Below, piece after piece: positions 18,732 through 28,960 of a DNA stretch of 64,000 bases. Within the stretch, counting starts at the first letter, position 1. Each line of letters opens with the position of its first letter. The DNA lies in contig JAFGFU010000009.1 in assembly GCA_016930915.1 (NCBI GenBank), positions 10,081 through 74,080 on the forward strand, in the 5' to 3' direction. A program made the position numbers and the translations under genes. The notes beneath the pieces were generated by a model that made no database searches, had not been told where the DNA came from, and saw only the letters and a program-made list of their open reading frames with translations. This DNA is from Campylobacterales bacterium. GTDB lineage: Bacteria > Campylobacterota > Campylobacteria > Campylobacterales > Sulfurospirillaceae.

Positions 18732-19867
18732 GTAAAAAAGAAGAAGGGAATCTCTTCTCCTTCTTCAATAGATGTTCTTTTCTCAATTAAAGCATAACCA
18801 TTACACTGACTTAAAATATTGAGTCTTCCTGCCTCATAATGGGGCGCACTAACAAAATGATTTCCATCGCTGTATCCAGGAATTGCACTTATACAAGAAT
18901 CTTTACATGTAATTCTCTTTTGATTTACACAGCTGATAAAAGCGGGCAAAAGAGAAGAATGTGATTGCAGATGTCTAAGCAGAGGGACTCCTAGCATTTC
19001 AAAACCTAGGGTACAACTTAGCGGTAATCCTGGTAGATGCAAAATAGGTTTTTTATTAAATAGACTCAAAGCACTCGGTCTAGCAGGCGAAATAGAGACA
19101 TTATGAAAAAGAGGTGAGAGCGTCTTTTTTTCCAATAAGTGACACATACTATCGTTTTTGCTGAGCGCACCCGTGGTAATAATGGCATCTGACGTGTGCA
19201 TTAATGTATCCATAGCTTTTAAAATAGCATCTTCATTTTCATCGCAGAGATGAATGTCTCCAATTTTGCCTCCCAATTCTAGGATACGTGCGGCTAAACT
19301 CATGGCATTAGAATTGCAAATTTCTTTTTTAACCAATTGGGCACCAATACTCAAAAGGCTAATGGTTGGTTTTTTAAAAACGTGAATGTTTTGAATGCAT
19401 TGTGAAGCAAGGGCAGTTATTTTTTGGGCACTTAGATGCTCTCCTTTTTTAAGTAGTACTTCTCCTTGCGTAATGTCTTCTCCCTCTTTTTTCATATGTG
19501 CAAATAGCGTTACATGTAAAGATATCTGAATCTCATTTGCTCGTTCAACGAGTACGTCTTCTTCGGGAATAATGGCATTAATGCCTTCTGGAATGGGAGA
19601 GCCTGTGGAAAGTTTGACACCATAACCCAAAGGAATGAAAGAAGGATAAGGCGGTTGAAGTAGGGTGTAATGCGTCGTGTGGGATTTAAAAGCAATCCCA
19701 TAGCCTTCTTTTAAACTCATGGGGTATTTTGGGAGTGAAAAGTTTGCGTGAATATCTTGACTGGAAACACGATGCAAGGCGCTTAAAAGAGGTAAAGTCT
19801 GTTTTACATGTAAAGGTTTGATAGATGTTTGAATAATTTGAAGTGCTTCTTGATACGAAATAGGCAT
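18713..19867 (-). CDS. moeA: Molybdopterin molybdenumtransferase
   Basis: 384-aa MoeA-like protein (N-terminal YQEALQII, central MoCF-biosynthesis domain with [10 protein letters not shown]-like motif). Convergent with moaA, with a 19-bp overlap. Confidence 0.82.
   Translation of the reverse strand: MPISYQEALQIIQTSIKPLHVKQTLPLLSALHRVSSQDIHANFSLPKYPMSLKEGYGIAFKSHTTHYTLLQPPYPSFIPLGYGVKLSTGSPIPEGINAIIPEEDVLVERANEIQISLHVTLFAHMKKEGEDITQGEVLLKKGEHLSAQKITALASQCIQNIHVFKKPTISLLSIGAQLVKKEICNSNAMSLAARILELGGKIGDIHLCDENEDAILKAMDTLMHTSDAIITTGALSKNDSMCHLLEKKTLSPLFHNVSISPARPSALSLFNKKPILHLPGLPLSCTLGFEMLGVPLLRHLQSHSSLLPAFISCVNQKRITCKDSCISAIPGYSDGNHFVSAPHYEAGRLNILSQCNGYALIEKRTSIEEGEEIPFFFFTHPPVS
18902..18913. 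repeat. Iterated palindrome, 11/12 copy (TTTACATGTAAt)
   Basis: Inside moeA (minus strand), read as I-T-C-K. Confidence 0.8.
19509..19520. repeat. Iterated palindrome, 11/12 copy (gTTACATGTAAA)
   Basis: Inside moeA (minus strand), read as L-H-V-T. Confidence 0.8.
19803..19814. repeat. Iterated palindrome TTTACATGTAAA, perfect copy
   Basis: 12/12; inside moeA (minus strand), read as L-H-V-K. Confidence 0.95.
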
Positions 19868-19947
19868 AGTATAACCTTATGATTTATGGGCAATATTATA
19901 CTAAGAATGGTAGACTTTTGAATTATTTTTGTGAAGGATTTTTCATT

Positions 19948-20358
19948 ATGGAAGAGTTAATACGCCTCTCAAGTCAGTTGCATCTCATTTTTATTGGTCT
20001 CTTAGGGGTACTGATTGCCTTTAATGTGTACTTGTTAAACAGTGATAAAACATTTCTCAAACTCTCTAAACGCTTAGAACTTATAGCACCACAATATTAC
20101 ATTGTCCTTTCGGTGATTTTTTTTACAGGTATTATTATTATGGCGATTCGTCAATTTCATTTTTCTCTTTCTGTTGTGGTCATGATTATTGTATGGATTG
20201 GCATTGTAGCTTTGGGTATTCGAGGGCATAAAATGTACAAAAAACTAGAACGCACAGAGGCTTCGCAAAAAGCTTATAAACAGTACGCAATCAAAAAATA
20301 TACACTCGATCTTCTTGCACTTTGTGCGACAAGTTTACTCTTTTATATGGGACATTAA
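19948..20358 (+). CDS. Small integral membrane protein, function unknown
   Basis: About four TM segments. I prefer the ATG at 19948 (GAAGGA upstream) to the ORF-track start at 19879. Confidence 0.5.
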   Translation: MEELIRLSSQLHLIFIGLLGVLIAFNVYLLNSDKTFLKLSKRLELIAPQYYIVLSVIFFTGIIIMAIRQFHFSLSVVVMIIVWIGIVALGIRGHKMYKKLERTEASQKAYKQYAIKKYTLDLLALCATSLLFYMGH

Positions 20359-20359
20359 G

Positions 20360-21028
20360 ATGCAGTTTGTTTATCACGAAAACGCAGGTAAACCTACTCT
20401 TTTACTAGAGACTAAAGCGTATGAACATATTTTTAAAGTCCGACGCATGGGCGTTGGAGAGAAGCTTTGTTGGCGAAATTTAGAAGATGATTTTGTCTAT
20501 TGGTATGAGATTTCTGATATAGGTAAAAAAGAAGCAACATTAACACTACTTTCTAAAGAGATATTGGCTTTGCTTCCTTCAAATATTTTACACATAGGCT
20601 GGAGTGTAATTGATCCAAAAATCATCGAAAAAACATTGCCAATGCTGAATGAATTAGGGGTGAGTAAAATCACCTTTTTTTATGCAGAATTTTCGCAAAA
20701 AAATCATAAACTCGATTTTGAACGTATGAAACGTATTCTTATCAACTCTTCTCAGCAATGTGGACGTAGTAAATGGATGGAGATTGAAATTCTGCCAACG
20801 TTGCAGAGTTACTTAGAACATTATTCAAAGAGTTATGTGCTGGATTTTTCAGAGACAAAACTTAAAGAGTATGAATCGGTTGAATCGATTTTGATTGGAC
20901 CTGAGGGTGGATTTAGTCAAAAAGAGCGAATTTTGCTTCAAAATCAGCCAACGGTTGGGCTTACATGTAAAACGATTTTGCGAAGTGAAACCGCTGTGAT
21001 TGCTGTTGCTTCGAAAATATTGGCATGA
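20360..21028 (+). CDS. rsmE: 16S rRNA (uracil1498-N3)-methyltransferase
   Basis: RsmE-like features: HIFKVRRM near the N-terminus and C-terminal GPEGGFSQKE...LRSETA motif. The ATG at 20360 lies just after the upstream stop. Confidence 0.8.
   Translation: MQFVYHENAGKPTLLLETKAYEHIFKVRRMGVGEKLCWRNLEDDFVYWYEISDIGKKEATLTLLSKEILALLPSNILHIGWSVIDPKIIEKTLPMLNELGVSKITFFYAEFSQKNHKLDFERMKRILINSSQQCGRSKWMEIEILPTLQSYLEHYSKSYVLDFSETKLKEYESVESILIGPEGGFSQKERILLQNQPTVGLTCKTILRSETAVIAVASKILA
20960..20971. repeat. Iterated palindrome, 11/12 copy (cTTACATGTAAA)
   Basis: Inside rsmE, read as L-T-C-K. Confidence 0.8.
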
Positions 21029-21049
21029 CTTGAAATAATGAATCTTTTG

Positions 21050-21058
21050 TGCTATAAT
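21050..21058 (+). promoter_or_regulatory. Extended -10 element TGcTATAAT upstream of rpmE
   Basis: Exact TGnTATAAT, about 70 nt upstream of the rpmE ATG. Confidence 0.45.
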
Positions 21059-21128
21059 TTGCACCCTTTGGCAGAACGCGCCAAATAATAGATTTTATTT
21101 TTATGATAAATAATTAAGGAAAAATAGT

Positions 21129-21329
21129 ATGAAAAAAGATATTCATCCAGAATATGTACCGTGTGTTGTAACGTGTGCGTGTGGCAATAGTTTTGAAACT
21201 ATGTCTAACAAAGCAGAGTTAAGAATTGATATTTGTAGTTCATGTCATCCCTTCTTTACGGGCAGTGAGAAGATTGTTGATGCTGCAGGTCGTGTTGAGA
21301 AATTTAAGAAAAAATATAACCTTAAATAA
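21129..21329 (+). CDS. rpmE: 50S ribosomal protein L31
   Basis: MKKDIHPEY...[10 protein letters not shown]...VEKFKKKY, a canonical L31. Confidence 0.96.
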   Translation: MKKDIHPEYVPCVVTCACGNSFETMSNKAELRIDICSSCHPFFTGSEKIVDAAGRVEKFKKKYNLK

Positions 21330-21344
21330 TTTTTTTTAAATACT

Positions 21345-22157
21345 TTGGTTTACTTTATTCCTACTCCCATAGGAAATCTTGATGACATCTCCGTTAGAAG
21401 CTTAAAGCTTTTATCGGAGTGTCACACTCTTTTTTGTGAAGATACTCGCATTACTAAAAAACTTCTCTTGTTACTTTCTCAAAGACATCACATCGAATTT
21501 AATATTAAAAATTTTATTTCCATGCATTCGCATAACGAAGAGGCTGTTTTAAAAAGTGTCAATCGCGCTATTTTTGATGAAACCGTAGGGTATCTTAGTG
21601 ATGCTGGAATGCCTGGCGTTAGTGATCCAGGAAGTGCTTTGATTCGCTTTTGTCAAGAGAATAATCTTCCCTATGAAATTCTTCCTGGTGCCAATGCTGC
21701 ATTGCTTGCTTATGTGTGTAGCGGTTGCGAAACCCATCAGTTTTTATTTTATGGCTTTTTATCACACAAAGGGATGGAACGCCAAAATGAGCTTTTTGAA
21801 GCATTGAATGCTTCTTATGCTGTTATTTTGTATGAATCACCACACCGTATTGATAAATTGATTGAAGAACTTGCACAATTTGCACCTGATCGCAAGATTT
21901 TTGCGATTAAAGAAGCAACAAAATTACATGAAAAACGTTTTTTTGGTACCTCATTGGAAGTCAAAGAGGCTTTCCAGAGTGCAAATCTTAAAGGGGAATG
22001 GGTTGTGGTGATTACCCCTGAGGTGCATCAAGGAGGCGAAGCTATTACTAAAGAAGATCTTATAAGCTTAGATATTCCTCCAAAGCAAAAAGCAAAACTT
22101 CTCTCTAAGCTCACAGGAGAAAGCGTTAAAGAGTGGTATACCAAACTTCAAAATTAA
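21345..22157 (+). CDS. rsmI: 16S rRNA (cytidine1402-2'-O)-methyltransferase
   Basis: Tetrapyrrole-methylase fold motifs PTPIGNLDDIS, CEDTR, SDAGMPGVSDPG, YESPHR. Non-ATG (TTG) start. Confidence 0.85.
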   Translation: MVYFIPTPIGNLDDISVRSLKLLSECHTLFCEDTRITKKLLLLLSQRHHIEFNIKNFISMHSHNEEAVLKSVNRAIFDETVGYLSDAGMPGVSDPGSALIRFCQENNLPYEILPGANAALLAYVCSGCETHQFLFYGFLSHKGMERQNELFEALNASYAVILYESPHRIDKLIEELAQFAPDRKIFAIKEATKLHEKRFFGTSLEVKEAFQSANLKGEWVVVITPEVHQGGEAITKEDLISLDIPPKQKAKLLSKLTGESVKEWYTKLQN

Positions 22158-22169
22158 CGTCCCTCTTTT

Positions 22170-22181
22170 GTTACATGTAAA
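22170..22181. repeat. Iterated palindrome, 11/12 copy (gTTACATGTAAA)
   Basis: In the spacer 13 nt after the rsmI stop, flanked by CTCTTTT / AAAAGAG inverted arms (22163-22169 and 22188-22194). Confidence 0.8.
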
Positions 22182-22248
22182 GCTCCAAAAAGAGCATTTC
22201 ACTTTTAAGCTCGTATTATTTTAAGCCATTTTGGATACAATATTTACC

Positions 22249-22932
22249 ATGATAATCTATGGAAAACAACTCTTTTTACATTTGTTAAAGCACTATCCTT
22301 CAAGGATTGAGACGGTATTTTTACCCAAAAAGTGTGACCCAAAGCTTTTTTCACAAATTGCTCGTGTAACGCAAAATATTTGCACGATTGACGAACGAAA
22401 AGCACAATCACTCTGTCATGGTGGAAATCATCAAGGATTTATTGCTCAGATTAAAGATTTTGAGCTAACCCCTTTTACTGAAATTAAGCATGGCTCTTTT
22501 TTGGTGATTTTGGATGAAGTCACGGATGTTGGGAATATTGGTGCTATTGTTCGTAGTGTGTATGCTTTTGGTGCGGATGGACTCATTTTGAGTGGGATGA
22601 AAACCTGCAATTTAGAGGCAATTTTGCGTACCAGTAGTGCTGCTGCATTTGAACTACCCATTGCACTATGTCCTTCAACCAAAGATATGCTTAATGAACT
22701 GAAGCAGATGGGCTTTATGCTTTACGGTGCTGATATGGGTGGTACCGATGTAAGAGAGGTTTCGTTTGCTCCTAAACGTGCTTTAATTATGGGCAGTGAG
22801 GGCAAAGGGTTATCGCCTAAGGTAAAAGAGCGATTGGACACGATTGTGTCTATCAAAATGGCAAGAGCATTTGACTCTTTAAATGTGAGCGCAGCAGCTG
22901 CTGTACTGTGTGATAGGATTGCCAATGGATAA
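22249..22932 (+). CDS. TrmH/SpoU-family RNA 2'-O-methyltransferase (RlmB-like)
   Basis: MIIYGKQ substrate-binding N-terminus, DEVTDVGNIGAIVRS, and GSEGKGLS...SLNVSAAAAV knot motifs. The start is uncertain (22231 or 22249). Confidence 0.8.
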   Translation: MIIYGKQLFLHLLKHYPSRIETVFLPKKCDPKLFSQIARVTQNICTIDERKAQSLCHGGNHQGFIAQIKDFELTPFTEIKHGSFLVILDEVTDVGNIGAIVRSVYAFGADGLILSGMKTCNLEAILRTSSAAAFELPIALCPSTKDMLNELKQMGFMLYGADMGGTDVREVSFAPKRALIMGSEGKGLSPKVKERLDTIVSIKMARAFDSLNVSAAAAVLCDRIANG

Positions 22933-23839
22933 CGATGTTAAGGTGTTGGAGAAAATTGGGTTAAAAGAAGTTTCCACAAAGACGCATATTGAAGTAAAGC
23001 AGTTGGCTTATATACTTAATGCACAGTACGATAAGCTTAATAAAATTAATACTTTGGGATTTGTTAAAATTCTCTCTCGTGAATATGATATAGATTTTAC
23101 AGAGTGGCTTGAGGGCTATCACGATTACTGGGCAGAGCAAGATAACGAAGAAGATACACAGGGTAATAAAATTTTTATTTGCGCTAGAAGTGATAGAAGT
23201 TATAAAAAAGCCGCATGGTTCTTTTTATTGATGGTTTTAATTGCAGGTGCTTTTTTTGTTGTTTCAGTTTTTAAGATTGATGTAGGAATTCCAAGTATTA
23301 TTGATAAAGTAAAAACAGAGATTCCTCAAGCAAGTAATGCCTATCAAAGTGCTTCTGTTGTCAAAGAAGCCACTACTTCATTAGGTGTTAAAGTGGAAGA
23401 GCGCATCATCGAAACCAATAGTACGAACAGCAGTGTTGAAGCAGTCGTTGTGAGTATTGATGAAAATTTAACGCGTAAAGCAGAGTCTAACGAATCGAAT
23501 GCAACAGCTCCGATTCTTGAGATTCAAACAAATACTCCTGTGAAAAGTGATGTCAATACAAGCAAAGCTATGATTCTTCCTATGAAACGTATTTGGGTTG
23601 GTATTGTTAATTTGGAAACAAACACACGTAAAGAGAGTTCGAGTGACCATAACATTACAATTGACCTTCATCAAAAGCAGATTATTAAAACAGGACATGG
23701 TTTTTTTAAACTCTCTTATGATGGCAATGTAGAGGATTTTAAAGAACAAGGTTCTACTCGTTTCTTGGTCGAAAATGGAACCCTTCAAAAAATTTCTGAG
23801 GAGAAATTTGTAGAGCTGAATAGAGGTAAAAACTGGTGA
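22925..23839 (+). CDS. Membrane protein with an N-terminal HTH-like region and one TM segment (RodZ-like architecture)
   Basis: N-terminal cytoplasmic segment, single TM (WFFLLMVLIAGAFFVVSVF), Ser/Thr/Asn-rich linker and a C-terminal beta-rich domain. The annotation rests on architecture only. Confidence 0.45.
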   Translation: MDNDVKVLEKIGLKEVSTKTHIEVKQLAYILNAQYDKLNKINTLGFVKILSREYDIDFTEWLEGYHDYWAEQDNEEDTQGNKIFICARSDRSYKKAAWFFLLMVLIAGAFFVVSVFKIDVGIPSIIDKVKTEIPQASNAYQSASVVKEATTSLGVKVEERIIETNSTNSSVEAVVVSIDENLTRKAESNESNATAPILEIQTNTPVKSDVNTSKAMILPMKRIWVGIVNLETNTRKESSSDHNITIDLHQKQIIKTGHGFFKLSYDGNVEDFKEQGSTRFLVENGTLQKISEEKFVELNRGKNW

Positions 23840-24651
23840 AAAAACTTTTTCTCATTTTATGCTTAACCCTTTCACTTTTTGGCTCAACGGATCTTCATGA
23901 AAAAATAAGAAATTTTATTGGTACTTCAAAATATGAAACACAAAAAAATTTGATTCAAGTCCTTTTTGCACAAAATGCTCAGTTTATGAATCCAAACGGA
24001 GAGGTTAACAGTGTAAAAGTCATTTCGGTTTTGAAAAAAAATGGTTTACTTCAATTGCTGTATGCTAATCCTGTACAGTTACGCTTGGCATTTCGTACCA
24101 AACAAGATCCCTTTATTTTTCTTAAAATTATTAATGAATCTTTAGAATTAATGGGGTATAACTATTTTTTAACCAATAATGCATTACGAGATAGTGGTGG
24201 GTTTGTTTGGGAAATATATCTTCAAACAGAGCATATTCTTGACCCTGAAATTTTTGCGGGTATTTTGGAAGCTAGAGGGTGTGTCATTACAAATATTGTA
24301 AAAAATGAGAACCACTATTGGTTCTATGATATTAACTCAGATAATGCCTATTTAAGTGCCAAAAAAGTGGAAAGTGGTGTTACTACCTCTTTGGGGAAAC
24401 CTTTAAATCCGTATTGGATAGATATTAAAAATGCTCAAGAGGTTATTCTCTCAGTTCATGCAGGCGATCGATGGTTCCCTGATGTTGTCTTTTTTGATGA
24501 GAATCTAAATCTTCTAAGTAGTGTGAAAGCAGAAGAATCAACACGAACGCTGAAACTAAAAGTACCCCAAGGGGCTGTCTACCTTAAAATTAGTGATATG
24601 GTGATGCTTGATAATATTAGGCATGGATTATCTTTACATGTAAAAGAGTAA
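23836..24651 (+). CDS. Periplasmic protein of unknown function
   Basis: Signal peptide MKKLFLILCLTLSLFGS; ATGA-type overlap with the upstream gene. I recognise no catalytic motif. Confidence 0.5.
   Translation: MKKLFLILCLTLSLFGSTDLHEKIRNFIGTSKYETQKNLIQVLFAQNAQFMNPNGEVNSVKVISVLKKNGLLQLLYANPVQLRLAFRTKQDPFIFLKIINESLELMGYNYFLTNNALRDSGGFVWEIYLQTEHILDPEIFAGILEARGCVITNIVKNENHYWFYDINSDNAYLSAKKVESGVTTSLGKPLNPYWIDIKNAQEVILSVHAGDRWFPDVVFFDENLNLLSSVKAEESTRTLKLKVPQGAVYLKISDMVMLDNIRHGLSLHVKE
24633..24644. repeat. Iterated palindrome TTTACATGTAAA, perfect copy
   Basis: 12/12; in the last codons of the 23836-24651 gene (L-H-V-K-E-stop). Confidence 0.95.
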
Positions 24652-24662
24652 AAGGATTAAAA

Positions 24663-25874
24663 ATGTTTGATGAAATTCGATTTAATACAATTGATAGATT
24701 ACCTGGATATGTTTTTGCACAAATTAATGAATTGAAACTTGCGGCTCGTCATGCAGGCGATGATATTATTGACTTTTCCATGGGCAATCCAGATGGAAGA
24801 ACACCTCAACACATTATTGATAAATTGGTTGAATCGGCTCAAAAAGATGGAACACACGGTTACTCTGTGAGTAAGGGTATTTTTAAACTACGATTGGCAA
24901 TTTGTAACTGGTATGCACGCAAATATGGTGTTACCTTAGACCCCAATACGGAAGCGGTTGCAACACTCGGCAGTAAAGAGGGATTTGTGCATTTAGCACA
25001 AGCGATTATCAATCCTGGTGATGTGGCTGTTGTTCCAGATCCTGCATATCCTATTCATGCCTACGCTTTTATGATTGCAGGAGGCAATGTTCATAAGTTT
25101 GGGCTAGATTACAATGAAAAGTATGAACTTGATAAAGAGCAATTTTTTATTAAACTGAAAAAAGTATTTCGTGAGTCTGCTCCCAAACCTAAGTTTGTGG
25201 TTGTTAATTTTCCTCACAATCCAACGTGTGTTACCACAGACCTCTCCTTTTATGAAGAGTTGGTTGCCTACGCTAAAGAAGAGCGTTTTTATATCATCAG
25301 TGATATAGCCTATGCTGATCTCTCTTTTGACGGTTATGAAACACCTTCTATTTTACAAGTAGAAGGGGCTAAAGATGTAGCAGTAGAGTGCTATACCCTT
25401 TCAAAAAGCTATAATATGGCAGGTTGGCGTGTGGGTTTTGTTGTAGGTAATAAAAAACTTGTGGGCGCGCTTCAGAAAATTAAGTCATGGTTTGATTATG
25501 GCATGTTTACTCCTATTCAAGTAGCTTCCACCGTAGCGCTTGATGGTCCACAGGAGTGTGTGGATGAAATCAGAGAAAAATACCGCAAACGTCGAGATGT
25601 GTTAGTTGAAAGTTTTAACAATGCGGGATGGGAGATGGAAAAGCCTCAGTCAACCATGTTTGTGTGGGCAAAAATTCCTAAAGTAGCGGCACATTTAGGG
25701 AGTATGGAATTTGCAAAACAGCTCTTAAAAGAGGCAAAAATTGCAGTAAGTCCTGGCATTGGTTTTGGCGAAGCAGGAGATGGTTACGTTAGAATTGCTT
25801 TGATTGAAAATGAAAATAGAATCCGTCAAGCAGCACGTAATGTGAAGAAGTACTTGAAGAGTTTAGAAGGTTAA
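24663..25874 (+). CDS. Class I/II pyridoxal-phosphate aminotransferase (aspartate/alanine aminotransferase-like)
   Basis: 403 aa with NFPHNPT and the PLP-lysine motif LSKSYNMAGWRVGF. Confidence 0.85.
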   Translation: MFDEIRFNTIDRLPGYVFAQINELKLAARHAGDDIIDFSMGNPDGRTPQHIIDKLVESAQKDGTHGYSVSKGIFKLRLAICNWYARKYGVTLDPNTEAVATLGSKEGFVHLAQAIINPGDVAVVPDPAYPIHAYAFMIAGGNVHKFGLDYNEKYELDKEQFFIKLKKVFRESAPKPKFVVVNFPHNPTCVTTDLSFYEELVAYAKEERFYIISDIAYADLSFDGYETPSILQVEGAKDVAVECYTLSKSYNMAGWRVGFVVGNKKLVGALQKIKSWFDYGMFTPIQVASTVALDGPQECVDEIREKYRKRRDVLVESFNNAGWEMEKPQSTMFVWAKIPKVAAHLGSMEFAKQLLKEAKIAVSPGIGFGEAGDGYVRIALIENENRIRQAARNVKKYLKSLEG

Positions 25875-25877
25875 AAA

Positions 25878-27149
25878 ATGATCAAAGTTGGAATTATTGG
25901 TGTTGGAACGGTTGGAAGCCATGTGATAAAGATTCTACAAGAGAATGAAGATATTATTACCGCACGTAGTGGCAAAAAAATCGTTCCTGTTATAGGAATT
26001 GTAAGAGATATAACAAAAAAAAGAGATGTTACGATTCCTCTTAGCGTAAATGTCGATGACGTATTAGAAAATCCCGATATTGATATTGTCATCGAACTAA
26101 TGGGTGGCGTGGATGAAGCGTATAAAATTGTTACACGAGCACTTAAAAATAAAAAAGCCGTGGTAACTGCCAATAAAGCATTACTCGCTTATCATCGTTA
26201 TGAATTACGTGATTTAGCAGGATCTACTCCTATTGGATATGAAGCAAGTGTGGCTGGAGGAATTCCTATTATTAAGGCTCTTCGTGAAGGACTAAGTGCC
26301 AATCATATTGAAGCGATTAAAGGCATTATGAATGGTACATGTAACTTTATTCTTACCAAAATGATGAACGAAAAAGCTGAATTTGAAGATGTTCTTAAAG
26401 AGGCACAAGCGTTAGGCTATGCAGAAGCAGATCCAACGTTTGATGTAGGTGGATTTGATGCCGCACACAAATTACTGATTTTAGCCAGTATCGCATATGG
26501 TATTAATGTAAAGCCTGAAGAGATTTTAATTGAAGGCATTGATCATATTAACAGTGAAGATATCTATTTTGCAAAAGAGTTTGGGTACAACATTAAGCTC
26601 TTAACTATTGCCAAGAAAAGTGGAGAACAAGTAGAACTTCGTGTACATCCAGCGCTTGTTCCTATGAAACAAATGATTGCAAAAGTCGATGGTGTTATGA
26701 ATGGCATTAGTGTTATTGGTGATAGAGTAGGCGAGACCATGTATTATGGTCCAGGTGCGGGAGGAAGTGCGACTGCAAGTGCTGTCGTCTCTGATTTAAT
26801 TGATATTGCACGCCATGCTCAAAATTCACCTATGCTGGGATTTATCAAGCCATTAGAGAAAAGTGGTTTAACATTGATGAATCAAGATGACATTATCACG
26901 CAATATTATATTCGAGTAACGGTCGCAGATAAAATTGGAGTTTTATCAAAAATTTCACATATTTTAGGCAAGCATTCTATTTCTATTAGTAGTTTTTTAC
27001 AAAAACAAGATGGGAAAAGAGAAGAGAGTGCGGTATTGCTTTTTTCAACGCATACATGCAAAGAGAGTGATATTCAAAAAGCACTTCAAGAGATTAGTTC
27101 ACTAGATTTTGTTGAGAATAAACCCGCTATGATACGGATTGAAGCATAG
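25878..27149 (+). CDS. hom: Homoserine dehydrogenase
   Basis: N-terminal GIIGVGTVGS Rossmann motif, central GIMNGTCNFILT and EADPTFDVGGFDAAHKL motifs, C-terminal ACT-like region. Confidence 0.92.
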   Translation: MIKVGIIGVGTVGSHVIKILQENEDIITARSGKKIVPVIGIVRDITKKRDVTIPLSVNVDDVLENPDIDIVIELMGGVDEAYKIVTRALKNKKAVVTANKALLAYHRYELRDLAGSTPIGYEASVAGGIPIIKALREGLSANHIEAIKGIMNGTCNFILTKMMNEKAEFEDVLKEAQALGYAEADPTFDVGGFDAAHKLLILASIAYGINVKPEEILIEGIDHINSEDIYFAKEFGYNIKLLTIAKKSGEQVELRVHPALVPMKQMIAKVDGVMNGISVIGDRVGETMYYGPGAGGSATASAVVSDLIDIARHAQNSPMLGFIKPLEKSGLTLMNQDDIITQYYIRVTVADKIGVLSKISHILGKHSISISSFLQKQDGKREESAVLLFSTHTCKESDIQKALQEISSLDFVENKPAMIRIEA

Positions 27150-27152
27150 GGC

Positions 27153-27479
27153 ATGAGTCTTAAGATAGGTCAAGAGGCTGAAGAAAAAGCCTCTTTGTAT
27201 CTTCAAAGAAATGGTTACACTATTTTTGAGCGTAATTTTCATTCTAAATTTGGAGAGATTGACATCATTGCTTTAAAAGAGGGGGTTCTTCACTTCTTTG
27301 AAGTTAAATTTTCACAAAAATATGATCCTATTGTTCGTATTACTCCTTCTAAAATGAAAAAAATTATTACGACAATAAATTATTATTTTTTACTACACCC
27401 CATACAGTACGATTATCAAATTGATGCGATATTAATTAAAAATGAGCAAATTGAAATAATAAAAAATATTAGTTACTAA
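27153..27479 (+). CDS. YraN-family (UPF0102) endonuclease-like protein
   Basis: 108 aa; GQEAEEKASLYLQRNGYTIFERNFHSKFGEIDIIA...FFEVK matches the YraN pattern. Confidence 0.75.
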   Translation: MSLKIGQEAEEKASLYLQRNGYTIFERNFHSKFGEIDIIALKEGVLHFFEVKFSQKYDPIVRITPSKMKKIITTINYYFLLHPIQYDYQIDAILIKNEQIEIIKNISY

Positions 27480-27523
27480 AAAAATAACTTTATCTGCTAT
27501 GGAAATTTTAAAGTTAGAGTGAG

Positions 27524-27529
27524 TATAAT
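27524..27529 (+). promoter_or_regulatory. Candidate -10 box upstream of trxA
   Basis: TATAAT lies 35 nt upstream of the ATG, and an AGGGGAA RBS follows. Confidence 0.4.
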
Positions 27530-27564
27530 TGAGCATCTATAAAATAACGTTTTAGGGGAAAATA

Positions 27565-27882
27565 ATGGGAAAATATTTAGAGTTAAACGCATCAAATTTT
27601 GATAGTACAGTAGCTGAAGGTGTTGCTTTAGTAGATTTTTGGGCACCATGGTGTGGACCATGTCGAATGATTGCTCCAGTCATTGAAGAATTAGCCAATG
27701 ATTTTGATGGAAAAGCAAAAATTTGCAAAGTCAATACAGATGAAGAACAAGACGTTGCTATTAAATATGGTATTCGTTCTATTCCTACCATTCTTTTCTT
27801 TAAAAATGGTGAGTTAGTTGACCAAATGATTGGTGCATCATCAAAACAAGTTTTAGCGGATAAAGTTAATTCACTTCTTTAA
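27565..27882 (+). CDS. trxA: Thioredoxin
   Basis: 105 aa with the WAPWCGPC active site and GIRSIPT motif. Confidence 0.96.
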   Translation: MGKYLELNASNFDSTVAEGVALVDFWAPWCGPCRMIAPVIEELANDFDGKAKICKVNTDEEQDVAIKYGIRSIPTILFFKNGELVDQMIGASSKQVLADKVNSLL

Positions 27883-27890
27883 TTAAAATT

Positions 27891-27920
27891 TTTTGAGAAA
27901 GTCGTTAGGCTTTCTCAAAA
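27891..27920 (+). terminator. Hairpin downstream of trxA (weak terminator or attenuator candidate)
   Basis: TTTTGAGAAAG / CTTTCTCAAAA form an 11-bp stem with an 8-nt loop. There is no U-tract on the plus strand. Confidence 0.3.
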
Positions 27921-28011
27921 CTACACTACTTCTTTTGGGCTATATATGGCGTTATTTCTTTTTAATTTAAACTCTATTGTGTCAATAGTCTAAAAAAATA
28001 AGGAAAAAATC

Positions 28012-28944
28012 ATGTTAGATCTTGCAATTGTTGGTGGAGGTCCAGCTGGCTTAAGTGCTGGATTATATGCAACACGTGGCGGTTTAAAAAATGTTGTTAT
28101 GTTTGAAAAAGGGCTTCCTGGTGGTCAAATTACCAGTAGTAGTGAAATAGAAAATTATCCAGGATCAGCTCAAATTTTAAGTGGTTTAGATTTTATGGCT
28201 CCATGGGCAGAGCAGTGCATGCGTTTTGGTTTAAAACATGCTATGGATGAAGTAACACGAATTTCTAAAAATACAGATGGCAGTTTTCATATCGCATTAG
28301 CTGGTGGAAAAAGTGAAGATGCAAAAAGTGTTGTTATTGCAACTGGTAGTACACCAAAACGTGCAAATTTTGAAGGTGAAGCAGAATTTTTTGGTAAAGG
28401 GATTAGCACATGTGCAACATGTGATGGATTTTTTTATAAAAATAAAGAAGTCGTGGCATTAGGCGGTGGTGACACGGCTCTTGAAGAAGCACTCTATCTT
28501 TCACATATTTGCTCAAAAGTTTATTTGGTACATCGACGTGATACTTTTAGAGCAAGCCCAAGCACGATTGAAAAAGTTAAAAACAATCCAAAAATCGAAC
28601 TCGTACTTAATTCCAGTGTTAAAAATGCTTACGGTGATAAAATGGGACTCAATGGACTAATTGTTGTTGATAATGCTGGTAATGAACGTGATATTGCTGT
28701 TCCTGGTGTTTTTGTCTTTGTTGGGATGAATGTGAACAATAGTATTTTAAAACAAGAAGATGGCACATTTTTATGTGATATGGATGAAAATGGTAATGTT
28801 GTGGTTGATTTGAATATGCATACTTCTATCAAAGGATTATTTGCAGCAGGGGATATTCGAATAAAGGCTTCAAAACAAGTAGTCTGTGCAGCAGGTGATG
28901 GTGCGACAGCGGGCATTCAAGCTTTAGAATATGTGAATCATTAA
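28012..28944 (+). CDS. trxB: Thioredoxin-disulfide reductase
   Basis: GGGPAG FAD motif, CATCDG redox-active disulfide, [15 protein letters not shown] motif and GDG C-terminal motif. Confidence 0.96.
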   Translation: MLDLAIVGGGPAGLSAGLYATRGGLKNVVMFEKGLPGGQITSSSEIENYPGSAQILSGLDFMAPWAEQCMRFGLKHAMDEVTRISKNTDGSFHIALAGGKSEDAKSVVIATGSTPKRANFEGEAEFFGKGISTCATCDGFFYKNKEVVALGGGDTALEEALYLSHICSKVYLVHRRDTFRASPSTIEKVKNNPKIELVLNSSVKNAYGDKMGLNGLIVVDNAGNERDIAVPGVFVFVGMNVNNSILKQEDGTFLCDMDENGNVVVDLNMHTSIKGLFAAGDIRIKASKQVVCAAGDGATAGIQALEYVNH

Positions 28945-28960
28945 AAAGGACATCGTACGA

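Noticed and set aside
22163-22194. An inverted repeat CTCTTTT...AAAAGAG around the motif copy after rsmI, considered as a terminator.
   Set aside because: The stem is only 7 bp, all A/T or weak pairs, with an 18-nt loop and no U-tract. It is also not concentric with the motif palindrome. I noted it in the repeat feature but do not call it a terminator.
28405-28422. Two ACATGT hexamers 10 bp apart in trxB, which might have been extra copies of the iterated palindrome.
   Set aside because: They lack the TTT/AAA flanks. The codons of the conserved redox-active site (S-T-C-A-T-C-D-G) fully explain them.
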